Assembly (NCBI GenBank): GCA_963693055.1
Contig: OY843751.1
Coordinates: 4,896,001-4,960,000 of the forward strand
DNA from: a bacterium
Lineage (GTDB): Bacteria; Zhuqueibacterota; Zhuqueibacteria; Residuimicrobiales; Krinioviventaceae
Reading direction: 5' to 3'
DNA: 64,000 nt
This document shows positions 17,361 to 27,800 of the stretch, one piece after another; position 1 is the first letter of the stretch, and each line of letters begins with the position of its first letter. Below the pieces are notes generated by a model. It saw only the letters and a program-made list of their open reading frames with translations, searched no databases and had not been told where the DNA came from. A program made the position numbers and the translations under genes.

Positions 17361-19481
17361 ATGTTGAAAAATAAATCCATATTATTTTTAATCGCTGCAC
17401 TATTCATACTTTCCAGTGCGGCATTGGCTGTAAAACCGCGTTACAGTACCTACCAGTCTAAAGGTAAATTTGAACGGGGTACCAGCAAGAAAATGTCCAT
17501 CCTGCATAAAGGGATTTTAACTCCGGCGCCCAAAGTAGAAAAAATCATGAGCACTGGTGATCCGTTTATCTGGTCCGCTATTAGTGACAGTAAAGGCAAT
17601 ACTTATCTTGGCTCTGGTAACGATGGTATTGTTTACAAAATATCAGCCAAAGGCGATACTGCCATATGGCTCGACACAGACGAGCTTGAAGTTTATGCAT
17701 TGACAGTAGACAAACAAGACAACATCTATGTGGGCACATCGCCACGTGGCAAAGTATACAAAGTAACGCCTGCTGGCACAAAAACAGAATTTTACAGCCC
17801 CAAATCCGATTATATTTGGGACATGGATATGGACGCAAAAGGCAATTTATATGTAGCTACCGGTTCTATTGCATCAATTATAAAAATTACTCCAGACGGC
17901 ACCCCTTCAGTTGTAATGAAAAGCGAACAAACCCATATCCGCAGTATATTTGTCCACAATAATACAATTTACGCAGGCAGCAGTGGCAACGGTTATGTTT
18001 ATAAAATTGAACCGGGCGGATCTCCCTTTGTTATACTTGACACCCAAATGCAAGAAGTGCACGATATTCTGGTAACACCAGATGGTTCGGTTTACGCGGC
18101 AGCATTTGGCGAAACTACAGCCATGTTTCCGGGACAAACCAAGGAAAGAGCAGACCAGAGTAAATCAAACGGTGATAGTGAAGAAGAAGAGGGCGAAAAC
18201 GAAGCCTCTATTGCACAATCATTCCTTTTAGAAAACATGGCACAAACCGCACAAACGCCCACAGCTTTATATCGAATCGAAACCAATGGCTATTCCAAAG
18301 ATCTGTGGCTGGGTGCTGAAGAACATATCCAATCCCTGTTGCTGGCAAAAGATGGGACCATCCTTGCCGGTACCGGCGATAATGGGAAATTATACGCAAT
18401 TGATAAAGAGGGTAATTCCTCGTTACTGTTTAATGTAGAAGAATCACAAATCACTGCTATGACATACAGCATTGATCATAAACTGGTTATTGGCACTTCG
18501 AATCTGGGCATTGTATATGGCGTTATGCCTGAAAAATCCAAAACCGCCGAGTACGAATCCGAAACCATTGATACAGGCCTTCAGTCCATTTGGGGCACCC
18601 TTGCCTGGAAAGGTTCAGAGAATGACGGCAAGATAGAGTTCTACACCCGCTCAGGAAACACAGAACTACCGGAACAAACCTGGAGCGAATGGCAGAAAAC
18701 CGTAAAAGAAAACGGCGCGTTAAAAATTAAAAGTCCTGCGGCCCGTTATGTCCAATGGAAATGTGAAATGCAACCCGGTAAAAATCCGCCGCAGATCAAA
18801 GAAGTAAATATTGCATACATGCAAAAAAATCTGCCGCCTTTTATCAGTGATGTTGTTATCCATCCCCCCGGCAATTATTATGAAATAGATGACAATAGCG
18901 AAATCCGTGAAAAAGGTATTCCTTATCCGCAAACACCAACACAGGAAGGCAAAAAGACAGGATTTCAAAGTGTAGACTGGTTGTTCGAAGATCCCAATTT
19001 TGACGGTATCCTGTTTAGTGTACAATATTGCAAAACAGGTTCAAACAACTGGAAAACATTGGTCACCGATTATCCCGGAAGCTATTTCTCCTGGGACAGC
19101 CGTCAAATGGCTGATGGAGAATATCTGGTAAAAGTCATTGCTGCAGATGCACCGTCGAATCCCAAATCAATGGCCCTGACTGGTGAAAAGAACAGTGAAC
19201 CCTTTATTATTGACAATTCGGGCCCCCAGATTAACATTCAATCATTAAAAGATAAAGTCCTGACCGTTTCAGTAGAAGACGCCTGGAACAATTTGGAAAA
19301 AGTTTATTACAGCGTCAACGCTTCATCGTGGGAAACCATCTATCCCACGGATCAGATAACAGACGCCAAAAAAGAAAAATATCAAATAACAATAGACACA
19401 GCATTACCAGCAGATATCGCGATCAAAGCCCATGATAATGTTGGTAATATAACTGTTGTACACAAAGAACTAGAAAAATAG
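17361..19481 (+). CDS. Exported beta-propeller repeat protein with C-terminal Fn3/Ig-like domains
   Basis: Signal peptide; repeated D..GN.YVGT..G.VYKV blades; TRSGNT..P..WSEW motif; DGEYLVKVIAAD. Confidence 0.75.
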   Translation: MLKNKSILFLIAALFILSSAALAVKPRYSTYQSKGKFERGTSKKMSILHKGILTPAPKVEKIMSTGDPFIWSAISDSKGNTYLGSGNDGIVYKISAKGDTAIWLDTDELEVYALTVDKQDNIYVGTSPRGKVYKVTPAGTKTEFYSPKSDYIWDMDMDAKGNLYVATGSIASIIKITPDGTPSVVMKSEQTHIRSIFVHNNTIYAGSSGNGYVYKIEPGGSPFVILDTQMQEVHDILVTPDGSVYAAAFGETTAMFPGQTKERADQSKSNGDSEEEEGENEASIAQSFLLENMAQTAQTPTALYRIETNGYSKDLWLGAEEHIQSLLLAKDGTILAGTGDNGKLYAIDKEGNSSLLFNVEESQITAMTYSIDHKLVIGTSNLGIVYGVMPEKSKTAEYESETIDTGLQSIWGTLAWKGSENDGKIEFYTRSGNTELPEQTWSEWQKTVKENGALKIKSPAARYVQWKCEMQPGKNPPQIKEVNIAYMQKNLPPFISDVVIHPPGNYYEIDDNSEIREKGIPYPQTPTQEGKKTGFQSVDWLFEDPNFDGILFSVQYCKTGSNNWKTLVTDYPGSYFSWDSRQMADGEYLVKVIAADAPSNPKSMALTGEKNSEPFIIDNSGPQINIQSLKDKVLTVSVEDAWNNLEKVYYSVNASSWETIYPTDQITDAKKEKYQITIDTALPADIAIKAHDNVGNITVVHKELEK

Positions 19482-19484
19482 GTT

Positions 19485-20468
19485 ATGGTATCAAAAACAC
19501 ACTGGAAAAACCTGACCCGCTTTATCTCCAACGGTGAACATTTCCTGCTCACCACGCATATTAATCCGGATGGAGACGGGTTGGGCAGCCAAATTGCAAT
19601 GGCTGAATATTTGAAACAATGTGGTAAAAACGTAACACTGATCAACAACAATCAGACTCCGGTTTATTTCAGCTTTCTGGATCCTGAAAACCAGATCCAA
19701 ATCTACAATCAGGAGTTGGATGAGATAATCAAATCTGTTGATGGTGTCATTATTGTAGATATCAGCGACTGGGAACGATTGGGCAAATTGGGCCAGGTTA
19801 TCAAAACCAACAACATACCTGTTGCCTGCATTGACCATCATATACCCACAGATACAATGGGTGAAACACAGATCCTGGATCAGACGGTCTCTTCAACCGG
19901 AGAACTGGTGTATCAATATCTTGCAGATCAGAATGCGGATTTTGGTGACAGAATCCTGTCTGCATTGTACACAACGATTTTGACAGATACGGGATCGTTT
20001 CGGTTTTCCAATACAACCCCACAAACGCATCGCATAGCCGCTGACTTGATAGAGCGTGGGGCAGATTTTAAAATGATCTTTAAAAACATTTACGAAAGCC
20101 ACTCAAAAAACCGCGTGCGGCTGACCGGAGAATTATTGAGTAACCTGCAATTTGCATGTGATGACAGATTGGCCTGGTTTGTGCTGTCTAAAGAACTGAT
20201 TGAAAGATGTGGTGTAGAAAACTGGGAGCTTGAAGGGTTGTCAGAACTTCCCCGGCACCTGAAAAATCTGGAAATCAGCATCATGTTCACAGAGATTGAT
20301 AAAGGCACAAAGGTAAGCTTGCGTTCAAGCGGCAACATTCCTATTAATGGCCTGGCGAACCTGTTCGGTGGTGGCGGACACCAGTTTGCATCTGGTGCTT
20401 TGCTGAAAATGGATAAAGATAAAGCCATTAAAACCATCATAGAAGAAGCTAAAAAACTATTCAATTAA
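19485..20468 (+). CDS. nrnA: DHH/DHHA1 phosphoesterase (NrnA-like oligoribonuclease/PAP phosphatase)
   Basis: THINPDGDGLGS, IDHH, TDTGSFRFSNT, KVSLRS, GGGGH. Confidence 0.88.
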   Translation: MVSKTHWKNLTRFISNGEHFLLTTHINPDGDGLGSQIAMAEYLKQCGKNVTLINNNQTPVYFSFLDPENQIQIYNQELDEIIKSVDGVIIVDISDWERLGKLGQVIKTNNIPVACIDHHIPTDTMGETQILDQTVSSTGELVYQYLADQNADFGDRILSALYTTILTDTGSFRFSNTTPQTHRIAADLIERGADFKMIFKNIYESHSKNRVRLTGELLSNLQFACDDRLAWFVLSKELIERCGVENWELEGLSELPRHLKNLEISIMFTEIDKGTKVSLRSSGNIPINGLANLFGGGGHQFASGALLKMDKDKAIKTIIEEAKKLFN

Positions 20469-20481
20469 ACCAGTTTAGTCT

Positions 20482-23400
20482 ATGACCCAAAATGATGAAA
20501 AAATTGAATTATTGCACCACCTGTCAGAATTATCACATTCCGGCTATGATCCCGCAAATGTATTCAAACAGATGCGCAACACAACCGAACAACTCTTGAA
20601 TTGTGATTCTGTTCTGGTGATGATCAATGATCATGACAATAACAATTTGACTGCGGCCAATCATTTTAACAACTTTTCATCGTCATTTAACAATCTGACA
20701 ATTCCCTATTCTGATCCGCTGGTCATTGATATTCTTGTAAATAAAAAATACAAGAGCAGACTGGTCCCTGAAAATCCCCTGCTGCCGTCATCAAAATCAG
20801 AAGTATTTGTACCCATCCAGTCTCCACAAAAGATAATAGGCTGTCTCTATCTTGGCAGAATCAAAGAAACCGCATTTTCTCCCAATGAAATCAAGTGGGC
20901 TGAAATGGCAATCGGTTATTTTACATCCGTTATGGAACGTACCGAATGGGAAAAGGAAAAATATCAATATCAGGGCAGCCAGCAAAAATCCAAGTCGCTT
21001 ACCATATCATTTATAGAGTCTTTGCAACAACCAGCTGTTATTATTGACATCCACAAAGATAAATTTTATCAGATTAATGCTGCGTTTACAGATCTGTTTG
21101 AAATCAGTCAAAATGATCTTTCAAATCTTGCTTTTTCAGCAATGTGTCGTGATCATTTAAAAATCAAAGATCTGGATCCTGAGGCAAAACAAAACTTAAT
21201 CACCAACTGGATCTACAAAGATAACCAGCTAAAGAGCCTGAAAACCATATTTACATTTTTAGATAATGTAGAAACAGGCATGCTGTTATTGATCTTTCAG
21301 GAAGAAAAACAAAACACTCAGGAGCTAGACAATTTCTGGCTGCATGAACTGTTTGCTTCTTTGAGCGCATTTTCCTTTCAGGATCTTCAAAATGATTATA
21401 GAAATACAGCAAGTATTATCTTTAATCAGTTCAATACTGATTGTCTCACCATTCACCGTACTCTGAACAAAAATGTTCAAACGCTTGCATGTTATGAAAA
21501 CAAAGACGGAGCAGCCATAGACGCGGCTGACTCGATTTCAAAATTGGTAAATCCCAATTATTTACTATCCATTGCAGAAAAAAACAAGCCCCTCTATCTT
21601 GCAGATATTTCTAAAACCAAAGAGCTCGAAAAACTTGCCAATTCCGGCATCCAGTCTGTCACATGTATTCCTTTATCCATAAACAACCAAAGTATGGGAA
21701 TGCTAACGCTCTGCTGTAAAGAATCCGGCACATGGAACTCGAAAGATAAAATAAAATTGGCAAGCATTTCTCAAATCTCTACCTATTTTATCTTTTCTCC
21801 TCAACTATTGACCGAGTTGAATACCACCAGAGAATACCAGAATTTGATGGAAAAGGCTATAAAACAGACGTTTTCCGATCAACCTCTAGAAACCAAAGTT
21901 GTGAATATTGCCCAAAACCTGATAGAGCAGATACCCTTTGATTACTTTTCTCTCACGTTGTTTGATGATACCGGTAATATTGAAAAAGCGATTGATCTGG
22001 CCCTGCCCGAGTCAATAGATGCATTTGAAACACCACTCCAACAGGAAAAAATCAAAGACAGTCAGCTTGCTAGAGTGCATCAGGAATTGAAAAATTCCTC
22101 CACTAAAGCAAACATAATGCAGCCCTTTAGACTTCCCTTTTCTTTACCGGCACATACAAGTGTAGTAATGGTTAGCGGAGAACGGTATTTAGGAAATTTT
22201 GCATTAGGACGGTCGCAAAAGACACCTTTTACACGCAAAGAAACTGATCTTTTAAAAATGCTGGGCACTTTTTTCTCCAGCGCGGTTTCATTGCAAAACA
22301 ACAATAAAAATGATCTTTGGATTAAAGCCAAAGCCATTCAGGAGCATCTCCAGCCGGACCTGCAAAAGGAGATCAGCAAACAGGATTTGTTAAAATCGAT
22401 TTGTGACACCGTTTCAACCGTTTTCGAAGGTACGCAATGTAAAGGCGCGTTTGTTCATGAAAATATGCGTATTCTGGAATTGTTTGATTGGATTTCGCGG
22501 CAATCGCTGAAACATTTATCCGTAGCTAAAATCAAAAAATTGTTACTTGAATTATCAAAATCTCGCAAACCGGTTTTAATTTCAAATCTTAACCAGTTCA
22601 AACAGGTGATATGCGTTCAAGAAGCAACTGACAAAGATTTAACTTTATTCAAACCCTTTGTCATCTCGCCCATATTTAAAAACGAAAAAATCCACGTGCT
22701 GATGCTGACCAGTTGGAATAAACCCCATGTTCCCGACAATAATTCAATGCTGGCACTGGAAATGTACACCAATCAGGCTAAAACCATCCTCCAGAACTTT
22801 GAGCAGCTTCAGGCTTTACAGCAAAAAGCAAATGCCCTTGAAGATTATGCGCACATGGCAGCACACGAGCTAAAGTCACCGCTGCAAACCATAAAAAACT
22901 ATGCATCAATTCTCAAAGAAGACCTGAGCGAAAAGGTTGATCCCGATGCCGAACAATATTTAAACAGATTACTGATCAACCTGGACAATATGGAAAATAT
23001 GATCTCGGAATTACTAAACATGTCCAGTCAGCAGCACACAGAATCAGAAATGATTGAATTTGTTCCCCAACCGGTTATTCAAAAATCTCTGGCGGCACTT
23101 GAAAAAATGATCCAGGAAAGTAAAGCCGAGATAAAAATTGACAAGTCCTTGCCCAAAATATATGCAAACAAACACGGATTTGAGCATATTATAACAAACC
23201 TGGTTTCTAATGCAATTAAATACACAAAATCTACAGATACCCCGCAAATAACTATCTATGGACGCAAAAACGGCAGCAAAACAGAAATCACCGTTGCCGA
23301 TTTGGGTATGGGGATTGCAGAAAAAGACCTGGATAAAGTGTTTGAACCGTTTTTCAAACAAAATGACACGCCGGGTCAAAAAAGCACGGGCTTGGGATTA

Positions 23401-23505
23401 CCCCTGGTTAAAAGAATTGTAGAACAGCACGAGGGCACACTCAAAATAGAATCCCAACTCAATAAAGGGACACGTTTTATTATTACATTCCCAAATAAAA
23501 AATAA
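20482..23505 (+). CDS. Large cytoplasmic multi-GAF/PAS sensor histidine kinase
   Basis: GAF motifs (VPIQSPQKIIGCLYL; CIPLSINNQSMGML); H-box AAHELKSPL; N-box NLVSNAIKY; DLGMGI; STGLGL. Confidence 0.88.
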   Translation: MTQNDEKIELLHHLSELSHSGYDPANVFKQMRNTTEQLLNCDSVLVMINDHDNNNLTAANHFNNFSSSFNNLTIPYSDPLVIDILVNKKYKSRLVPENPLLPSSKSEVFVPIQSPQKIIGCLYLGRIKETAFSPNEIKWAEMAIGYFTSVMERTEWEKEKYQYQGSQQKSKSLTISFIESLQQPAVIIDIHKDKFYQINAAFTDLFEISQNDLSNLAFSAMCRDHLKIKDLDPEAKQNLITNWIYKDNQLKSLKTIFTFLDNVETGMLLLIFQEEKQNTQELDNFWLHELFASLSAFSFQDLQNDYRNTASIIFNQFNTDCLTIHRTLNKNVQTLACYENKDGAAIDAADSISKLVNPNYLLSIAEKNKPLYLADISKTKELEKLANSGIQSVTCIPLSINNQSMGMLTLCCKESGTWNSKDKIKLASISQISTYFIFSPQLLTELNTTREYQNLMEKAIKQTFSDQPLETKVVNIAQNLIEQIPFDYFSLTLFDDTGNIEKAIDLALPESIDAFETPLQQEKIKDSQLARVHQELKNSSTKANIMQPFRLPFSLPAHTSVVMVSGERYLGNFALGRSQKTPFTRKETDLLKMLGTFFSSAVSLQNNNKNDLWIKAKAIQEHLQPDLQKEISKQDLLKSICDTVSTVFEGTQCKGAFVHENMRILELFDWISRQSLKHLSVAKIKKLLLELSKSRKPVLISNLNQFKQVICVQEATDKDLTLFKPFVISPIFKNEKIHVLMLTSWNKPHVPDNNSMLALEMYTNQAKTILQNFEQLQALQQKANALEDYAHMAAHELKSPLQTIKNYASILKEDLSEKVDPDAEQYLNRLLINLDNMENMISELLNMSSQQHTESEMIEFVPQPVIQKSLAALEKMIQESKAEIKIDKSLPKIYANKHGFEHIITNLVSNAIKYTKSTDTPQITIYGRKNGSKTEITVADLGMGIAEKDLDKVFEPFFKQNDTPGQKSTGLGLPLVKRIVEQHEGTLKIESQLNKGTRFIITFPNKK

Positions 23506-23652
23506 TATTTTTTTAGGAGTATTTTTTTATATTTTAATGTTAAATTAGCATTGATTTGTAATAACTTTTAATTAGTAAATTATTGACAAAATTAGTATTT
23601 ATCACTACATTCTGTTTGAATGATTGCAGAAACTTTCCATAAAGGAACTTTT

Positions 23653-24627
23653 GTGAACGCAACCGAAATATTCTCAACTGTACAACACCATTTAGACAAT
23701 TTTGAAATAGCCCTTAACAAGAAATTACATTCTAATATACCGCTTGCCGAGACTGTTGTCAGGTACGTAGCTGATAAACGCGGAAAACGTCTTCGGCCGC
23801 TTTTGGTTTTCCTTACCGCTGAAATGCATGGAACCCCAAACGATGTTACCATGGCTTCGAGCCTGGTTATAGAATTATTGCACACTGCAACACTGGTGCA
23901 TGATGATGTTGTTGATGATTCAGAGTTGAGAAGAGGCCACCCAACTGTTAACAGCCTTTGGAATAGCAAAATCTCCATATTGGTGGGTGACTTTTTATTC
24001 TCCAAAACCTTGTCAACCATGGTTGATTTGAAGAGCATTCAAGCGCTCGCAATACTATCAGATTCTGCAAATCAAATCACCGAAGGTGAATTGCTTCAAA
24101 TGGACCAGGAATATCTTAACGGTCTAAATGAGTCTATCTATTACGAACTAATAACGAAAAAAACCGCATCTCTTTTCAGTGCTTCATGCCAGTTGGGTGC
24201 CTTGTCCGTCTCTGCCGATGAACTTGCCATCAAACGTATGGGATTGTTGGGCGAAAATTTAGGGATAGCGTTCCAGATTACAGATGATCTGTTGGATTAT
24301 ATTGGGGATGAAAAAATTCTCGGTAAACCGGTGGGAAACGACATTCGGGAACATAAAATCACATTACCACTGATCTTTGCGTTAAACAAAGCCGAAACGC
24401 CTGTGAAGGAAAAAATTCTTGCTCATTTTGACAATGGCACCTTTTCAGACAAGGAAATTAAACATATTATCGACTTTGCTCACGACTATGGCGGCATAGA
24501 ATACACCAAACAGACTGCTAATACATTTGCAAACAAGGCGTCATCCGTGCTTTCCGCGTATCCCGATTCCGAATACAACCAAACCCTAAAGCAGCTGGTT
24601 GCATTTTCAATCAACCGCGATGTCTGA
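23653..24627 (+). CDS. Polyprenyl diphosphate synthase (IspB/HepT-like)
   Basis: GKRLRP, LVHDDVVD..LRRG, KTASLF, AFQITDDLLD; GTG start after AAAGGA. Confidence 0.93.
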   Translation: MNATEIFSTVQHHLDNFEIALNKKLHSNIPLAETVVRYVADKRGKRLRPLLVFLTAEMHGTPNDVTMASSLVIELLHTATLVHDDVVDDSELRRGHPTVNSLWNSKISILVGDFLFSKTLSTMVDLKSIQALAILSDSANQITEGELLQMDQEYLNGLNESIYYELITKKTASLFSASCQLGALSVSADELAIKRMGLLGENLGIAFQITDDLLDYIGDEKILGKPVGNDIREHKITLPLIFALNKAETPVKEKILAHFDNGTFSDKEIKHIIDFAHDYGGIEYTKQTANTFANKASSVLSAYPDSEYNQTLKQLVAFSINRDV

Positions 24628-24729
24628 TACTGCACAGCAAACATATTCCACGGTTAAAATTCTGTTTTTGAATTTCACAAATTTTATTAAATTTAATAAA
24701 ATCCGGTATATAAATAGGGTAATTGATCT

Positions 24730-25764
24730 TTGAAAATGGCAGCCCCGGAAAAAATACTGCTTATTCGACTCAGTTCTATGGGAGATATTATCCTTACTAC
24801 TCCCCTGGTTCGGATATTGAAAAACAAATATCCAAATGCAGAAATTGATTTTGTGGTGAAATCACAATTTCAGGATGTTCTTGCCGCAAATCCGCATATC
24901 CATACATTATGGACACTGGATACAAGAGCAGGCAAATCCGCAATGCGGGATTTAAAGCAGAAATTTCTTTCCTGTAATTATGACTGGGTGGTTGATATAC
25001 ACAAAAACTTTCGCAGCAGCTATTTAAAACGCGGCTTGAAAGCAGTTTTTTTCTCGTATAAAAAATATAGACTGATACGATTTTTACTGGTTAAATTCAA
25101 TATCAACCTGTATTCTGAAATTATCCCCGTCAGTCAACGTTATATTTACAGCGTGCAATCTGTGGGAATAGAGAACGATCACAAGGGTGTTGAATTTTTT
25201 CTAAATTCAGATACGCGTAACATAATTCATAACAAACTCGTTGAATTAGGAGCCTTAAATCAACCCATTGTATGCATTGCACCCGGAGCGGGTTTTTGGA
25301 ACAAGCGCTGGCCCCTTGAATACTTTAGCCAGGTTGCTCACGAATTGAATGAAAACCACAATATGAATGTATTTGTTATGGGTGATTCACGGGACAAACC
25401 CCTGGCTGCTGAAATACTAAAAAATTGCAGTAAAAACATTTTTGATTTTACCGGTCAGTTCAGCATAATGGAATCAGCTTGCGCTATGGACCATGCAAAT
25501 CTGGTTCTCACCAATGACAGTGGATTAATGCATATGGCTGCCGCGCTGAACAAAAAAACGCTGTCAATTTTTGGTCCCACATCGCGGGAACTGGGGTTTT
25601 TCCCACAGCACCCGCAGGCAGTAGTACTTGAAAATGCGGATCTGAACTGCAGACCCTGCACACATATGGGATCTAACAAATGCCCAAAGAAGCATTTTAA
25701 ATGCATGAAAGATATAAAACCAAAACAGGTAATACAAGAACTTTTACAATTGTTTTATTCATAA
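24730..25764 (+). CDS. waaF: Lipopolysaccharide heptosyltransferase II (GT9)
   Basis: LIRLSSMGDIILTTP, PGAGFWNKRWP, NDSGLMHMAAA, IFGPT, CRPC. Confidence 0.8.
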   Translation: MKMAAPEKILLIRLSSMGDIILTTPLVRILKNKYPNAEIDFVVKSQFQDVLAANPHIHTLWTLDTRAGKSAMRDLKQKFLSCNYDWVVDIHKNFRSSYLKRGLKAVFFSYKKYRLIRFLLVKFNINLYSEIIPVSQRYIYSVQSVGIENDHKGVEFFLNSDTRNIIHNKLVELGALNQPIVCIAPGAGFWNKRWPLEYFSQVAHELNENHNMNVFVMGDSRDKPLAAEILKNCSKNIFDFTGQFSIMESACAMDHANLVLTNDSGLMHMAAALNKKTLSIFGPTSRELGFFPQHPQAVVLENADLNCRPCTHMGSNKCPKKHFKCMKDIKPKQVIQELLQLFYS

Positions 25765-25779
25765 ACAAAGGAAAAGCCT

Positions 25780-26154
25780 TTGCAAGGAAAAGCATTAGCC
25801 GAACAGATATCTCAACTTGTTCTTGATATCAAAGGACAGGATATTGTAATTATGGACCTTCAGGGTCTTACATCTATTGCGGATTATTTTGTAATCTGTA
25901 CTGTAGACAGTGACGTGCAGGCCAAAGCCATTAAAAACCACATTGCCGATGAACTGCTCTACCAATCCGTTCGTCCCTGGCATGTTGAAGGTACTAACAA
26001 CCTCAACTGGGTACTGATGGATTTTGTGGATGTGGTAGTCCATATCTTTTTAAAGGAATCTCGTGATTTCTATTCTCTTGAAAGATTGTGGGGAGATGCA
26101 AAAATTACACAAATAAAGGACGATGATGAAACCTCTGGAACACATACGCAATAG
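25780..26154 (+). CDS. rsfS: Ribosome silencing factor
   Basis: KGQDIVIMDL, ADYFVICT, WVLMDFVDVVVHIF...RDFYSLERLWGDA. Confidence 0.95.
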   Translation: MQGKALAEQISQLVLDIKGQDIVIMDLQGLTSIADYFVICTVDSDVQAKAIKNHIADELLYQSVRPWHVEGTNNLNWVLMDFVDVVVHIFLKESRDFYSLERLWGDAKITQIKDDDETSGTHTQ

Positions 26155-27784
26155 TATAAAAAAAGCACTTGAAGAAAACGGATTCGACGCATCCGATAAA
26201 ACCCTGCTAAGCCTCGAAAAACCGAAACAGGCTGAACATGGTGACATCTCTTCTACAGTTGCCATGAACCTGGCCAAAATCGCTAAAAAAGCGCCCCGTC
26301 AGATCGCGCAGGATCTGGTTAACAGCCTGAATAAGAAACTGGATCCGGACTATATCACCAAAATCGACATTGCGGGACCCGGTTTTATTAATTTTTATCT
26401 TGCTGAAAAATGTCTGCAGCAATCCGTTCTTACCATACTGAATGAAGCCAGAGATTTTGGTAAAAGCAATTGGGGTGACGGCTACAAAATCAATTTTGAA
26501 TTTGTAAGTGCCAACCCTACGGGTCCTTTGAATATTGTAAGCGCGCGCGCTGCTGCTGTTGGTGATGTATTAACCACCCTGTTCAACATGGTGGGATACG
26601 AAGCAAAGCGGGAATACTATATTAATGATGCCGGCAGACAAGTCCGGTTGTTGGGTGCTTCGGTCAGTGCCCGTTACATGACCGAGCTGGGCAACGAACA
26701 ACCCGTTCCCGAAGATGGCTATCATGGTGAGTATTTGATAGACCTGGCTAAAGAAATTTTTGCTAAAGATGGCGATAAATATGCCTCACTAGCCGATGAT
26801 GAAAGAGCCGCCACTTTGGGACGCATGGCACTGGAATATATGATTGGTCGTCACAAAGCCAGCATGAAAAACTATCGTCTGGAATATGATGAATGGTTTA
26901 ACGAAACCCGCATCCGCGAAGCAAACGCGCACCAAAAAGTGCTTGATCATTTTGCAAAAACAGACATGAGCTATGAAAAAGAAGATGCGCTCTGGTTCAG
27001 ATCATCTCAATTTGGTGATGAAAAAGATCGCGTACTCATTACCAGCCAGGGTGAACCGACATATTTCCTCATCGACATTGCATATCATCAAAATAAATAT
27101 GATCGTGGATTCGAAACACTGATCGATTTCTGGGGTCCCGACCATCACGGTTACATCCCCCGTATGAGTGCCGCATTACAGGCATTGGGTCATCCCAAAG
27201 AGAAATTTGATGTCAGCATCATCCAGCAAGTCAATCTGCTGCGCAGCGGCAAAGCCATAAAAATGTCGAAACGCGCCGGTGAGATTGTAGAAATGGACGA
27301 GCTCATTAACGAAGTAGGTGTGGATGCCGCACGATACTTTTTTGTAGATCGTCGTATCTCGCAGCCATTGGATTTTGACATTGATCTGGCAAAGAAACAA
27401 AGCGATGAAAATCCGGTTTTTTACGTTCAATACGCGCACGCACGCATCTGTAACATTATGCGTCATGCGCAGGAAAATGGAGTAGAAATTCCGGAAACTG
27501 CGGACATGTCTCCCATGACCAACACTTTCGAGTTGGCGCTTGTTATTAAACTGCTCGACTTTCCTGAAATGGTCACCAAAGCAGTTGAGAATATGGAACC
27601 GCACCGTATCACCAATTATTTGCACGAAACCGCAACGGTATTTCATAAATTTTATCACGAGAACCGGGTAGTAACCGAAGACAAAGCAATGACAGCGGCC
27701 AGATTAATGCTCTGCAAGGCAGCTAAACAGGTTATTGCCAACGGATTGGATGTTTTAGGTATTTCTGCACCCGAAAACATGTAA
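26123..27784 (+). CDS. argS: Arginine--tRNA ligase
   Basis: IAGPGFINF, EFVSANPTGPL, EYYINDAG, WGPDHHGY, KMSKRAG, NPVFYVQYAHAR, GISAPENM. Confidence 0.97.
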   Translation: MMKPLEHIRNSIKKALEENGFDASDKTLLSLEKPKQAEHGDISSTVAMNLAKIAKKAPRQIAQDLVNSLNKKLDPDYITKIDIAGPGFINFYLAEKCLQQSVLTILNEARDFGKSNWGDGYKINFEFVSANPTGPLNIVSARAAAVGDVLTTLFNMVGYEAKREYYINDAGRQVRLLGASVSARYMTELGNEQPVPEDGYHGEYLIDLAKEIFAKDGDKYASLADDERAATLGRMALEYMIGRHKASMKNYRLEYDEWFNETRIREANAHQKVLDHFAKTDMSYEKEDALWFRSSQFGDEKDRVLITSQGEPTYFLIDIAYHQNKYDRGFETLIDFWGPDHHGYIPRMSAALQALGHPKEKFDVSIIQQVNLLRSGKAIKMSKRAGEIVEMDELINEVGVDAARYFFVDRRISQPLDFDIDLAKKQSDENPVFYVQYAHARICNIMRHAQENGVEIPETADMSPMTNTFELALVIKLLDFPEMVTKAVENMEPHRITNYLHETATVFHKFYHENRVVTEDKAMTAARLMLCKAAKQVIANGLDVLGISAPENM

Positions 27785-27800
27785 GAACAAGGAGTTATTT

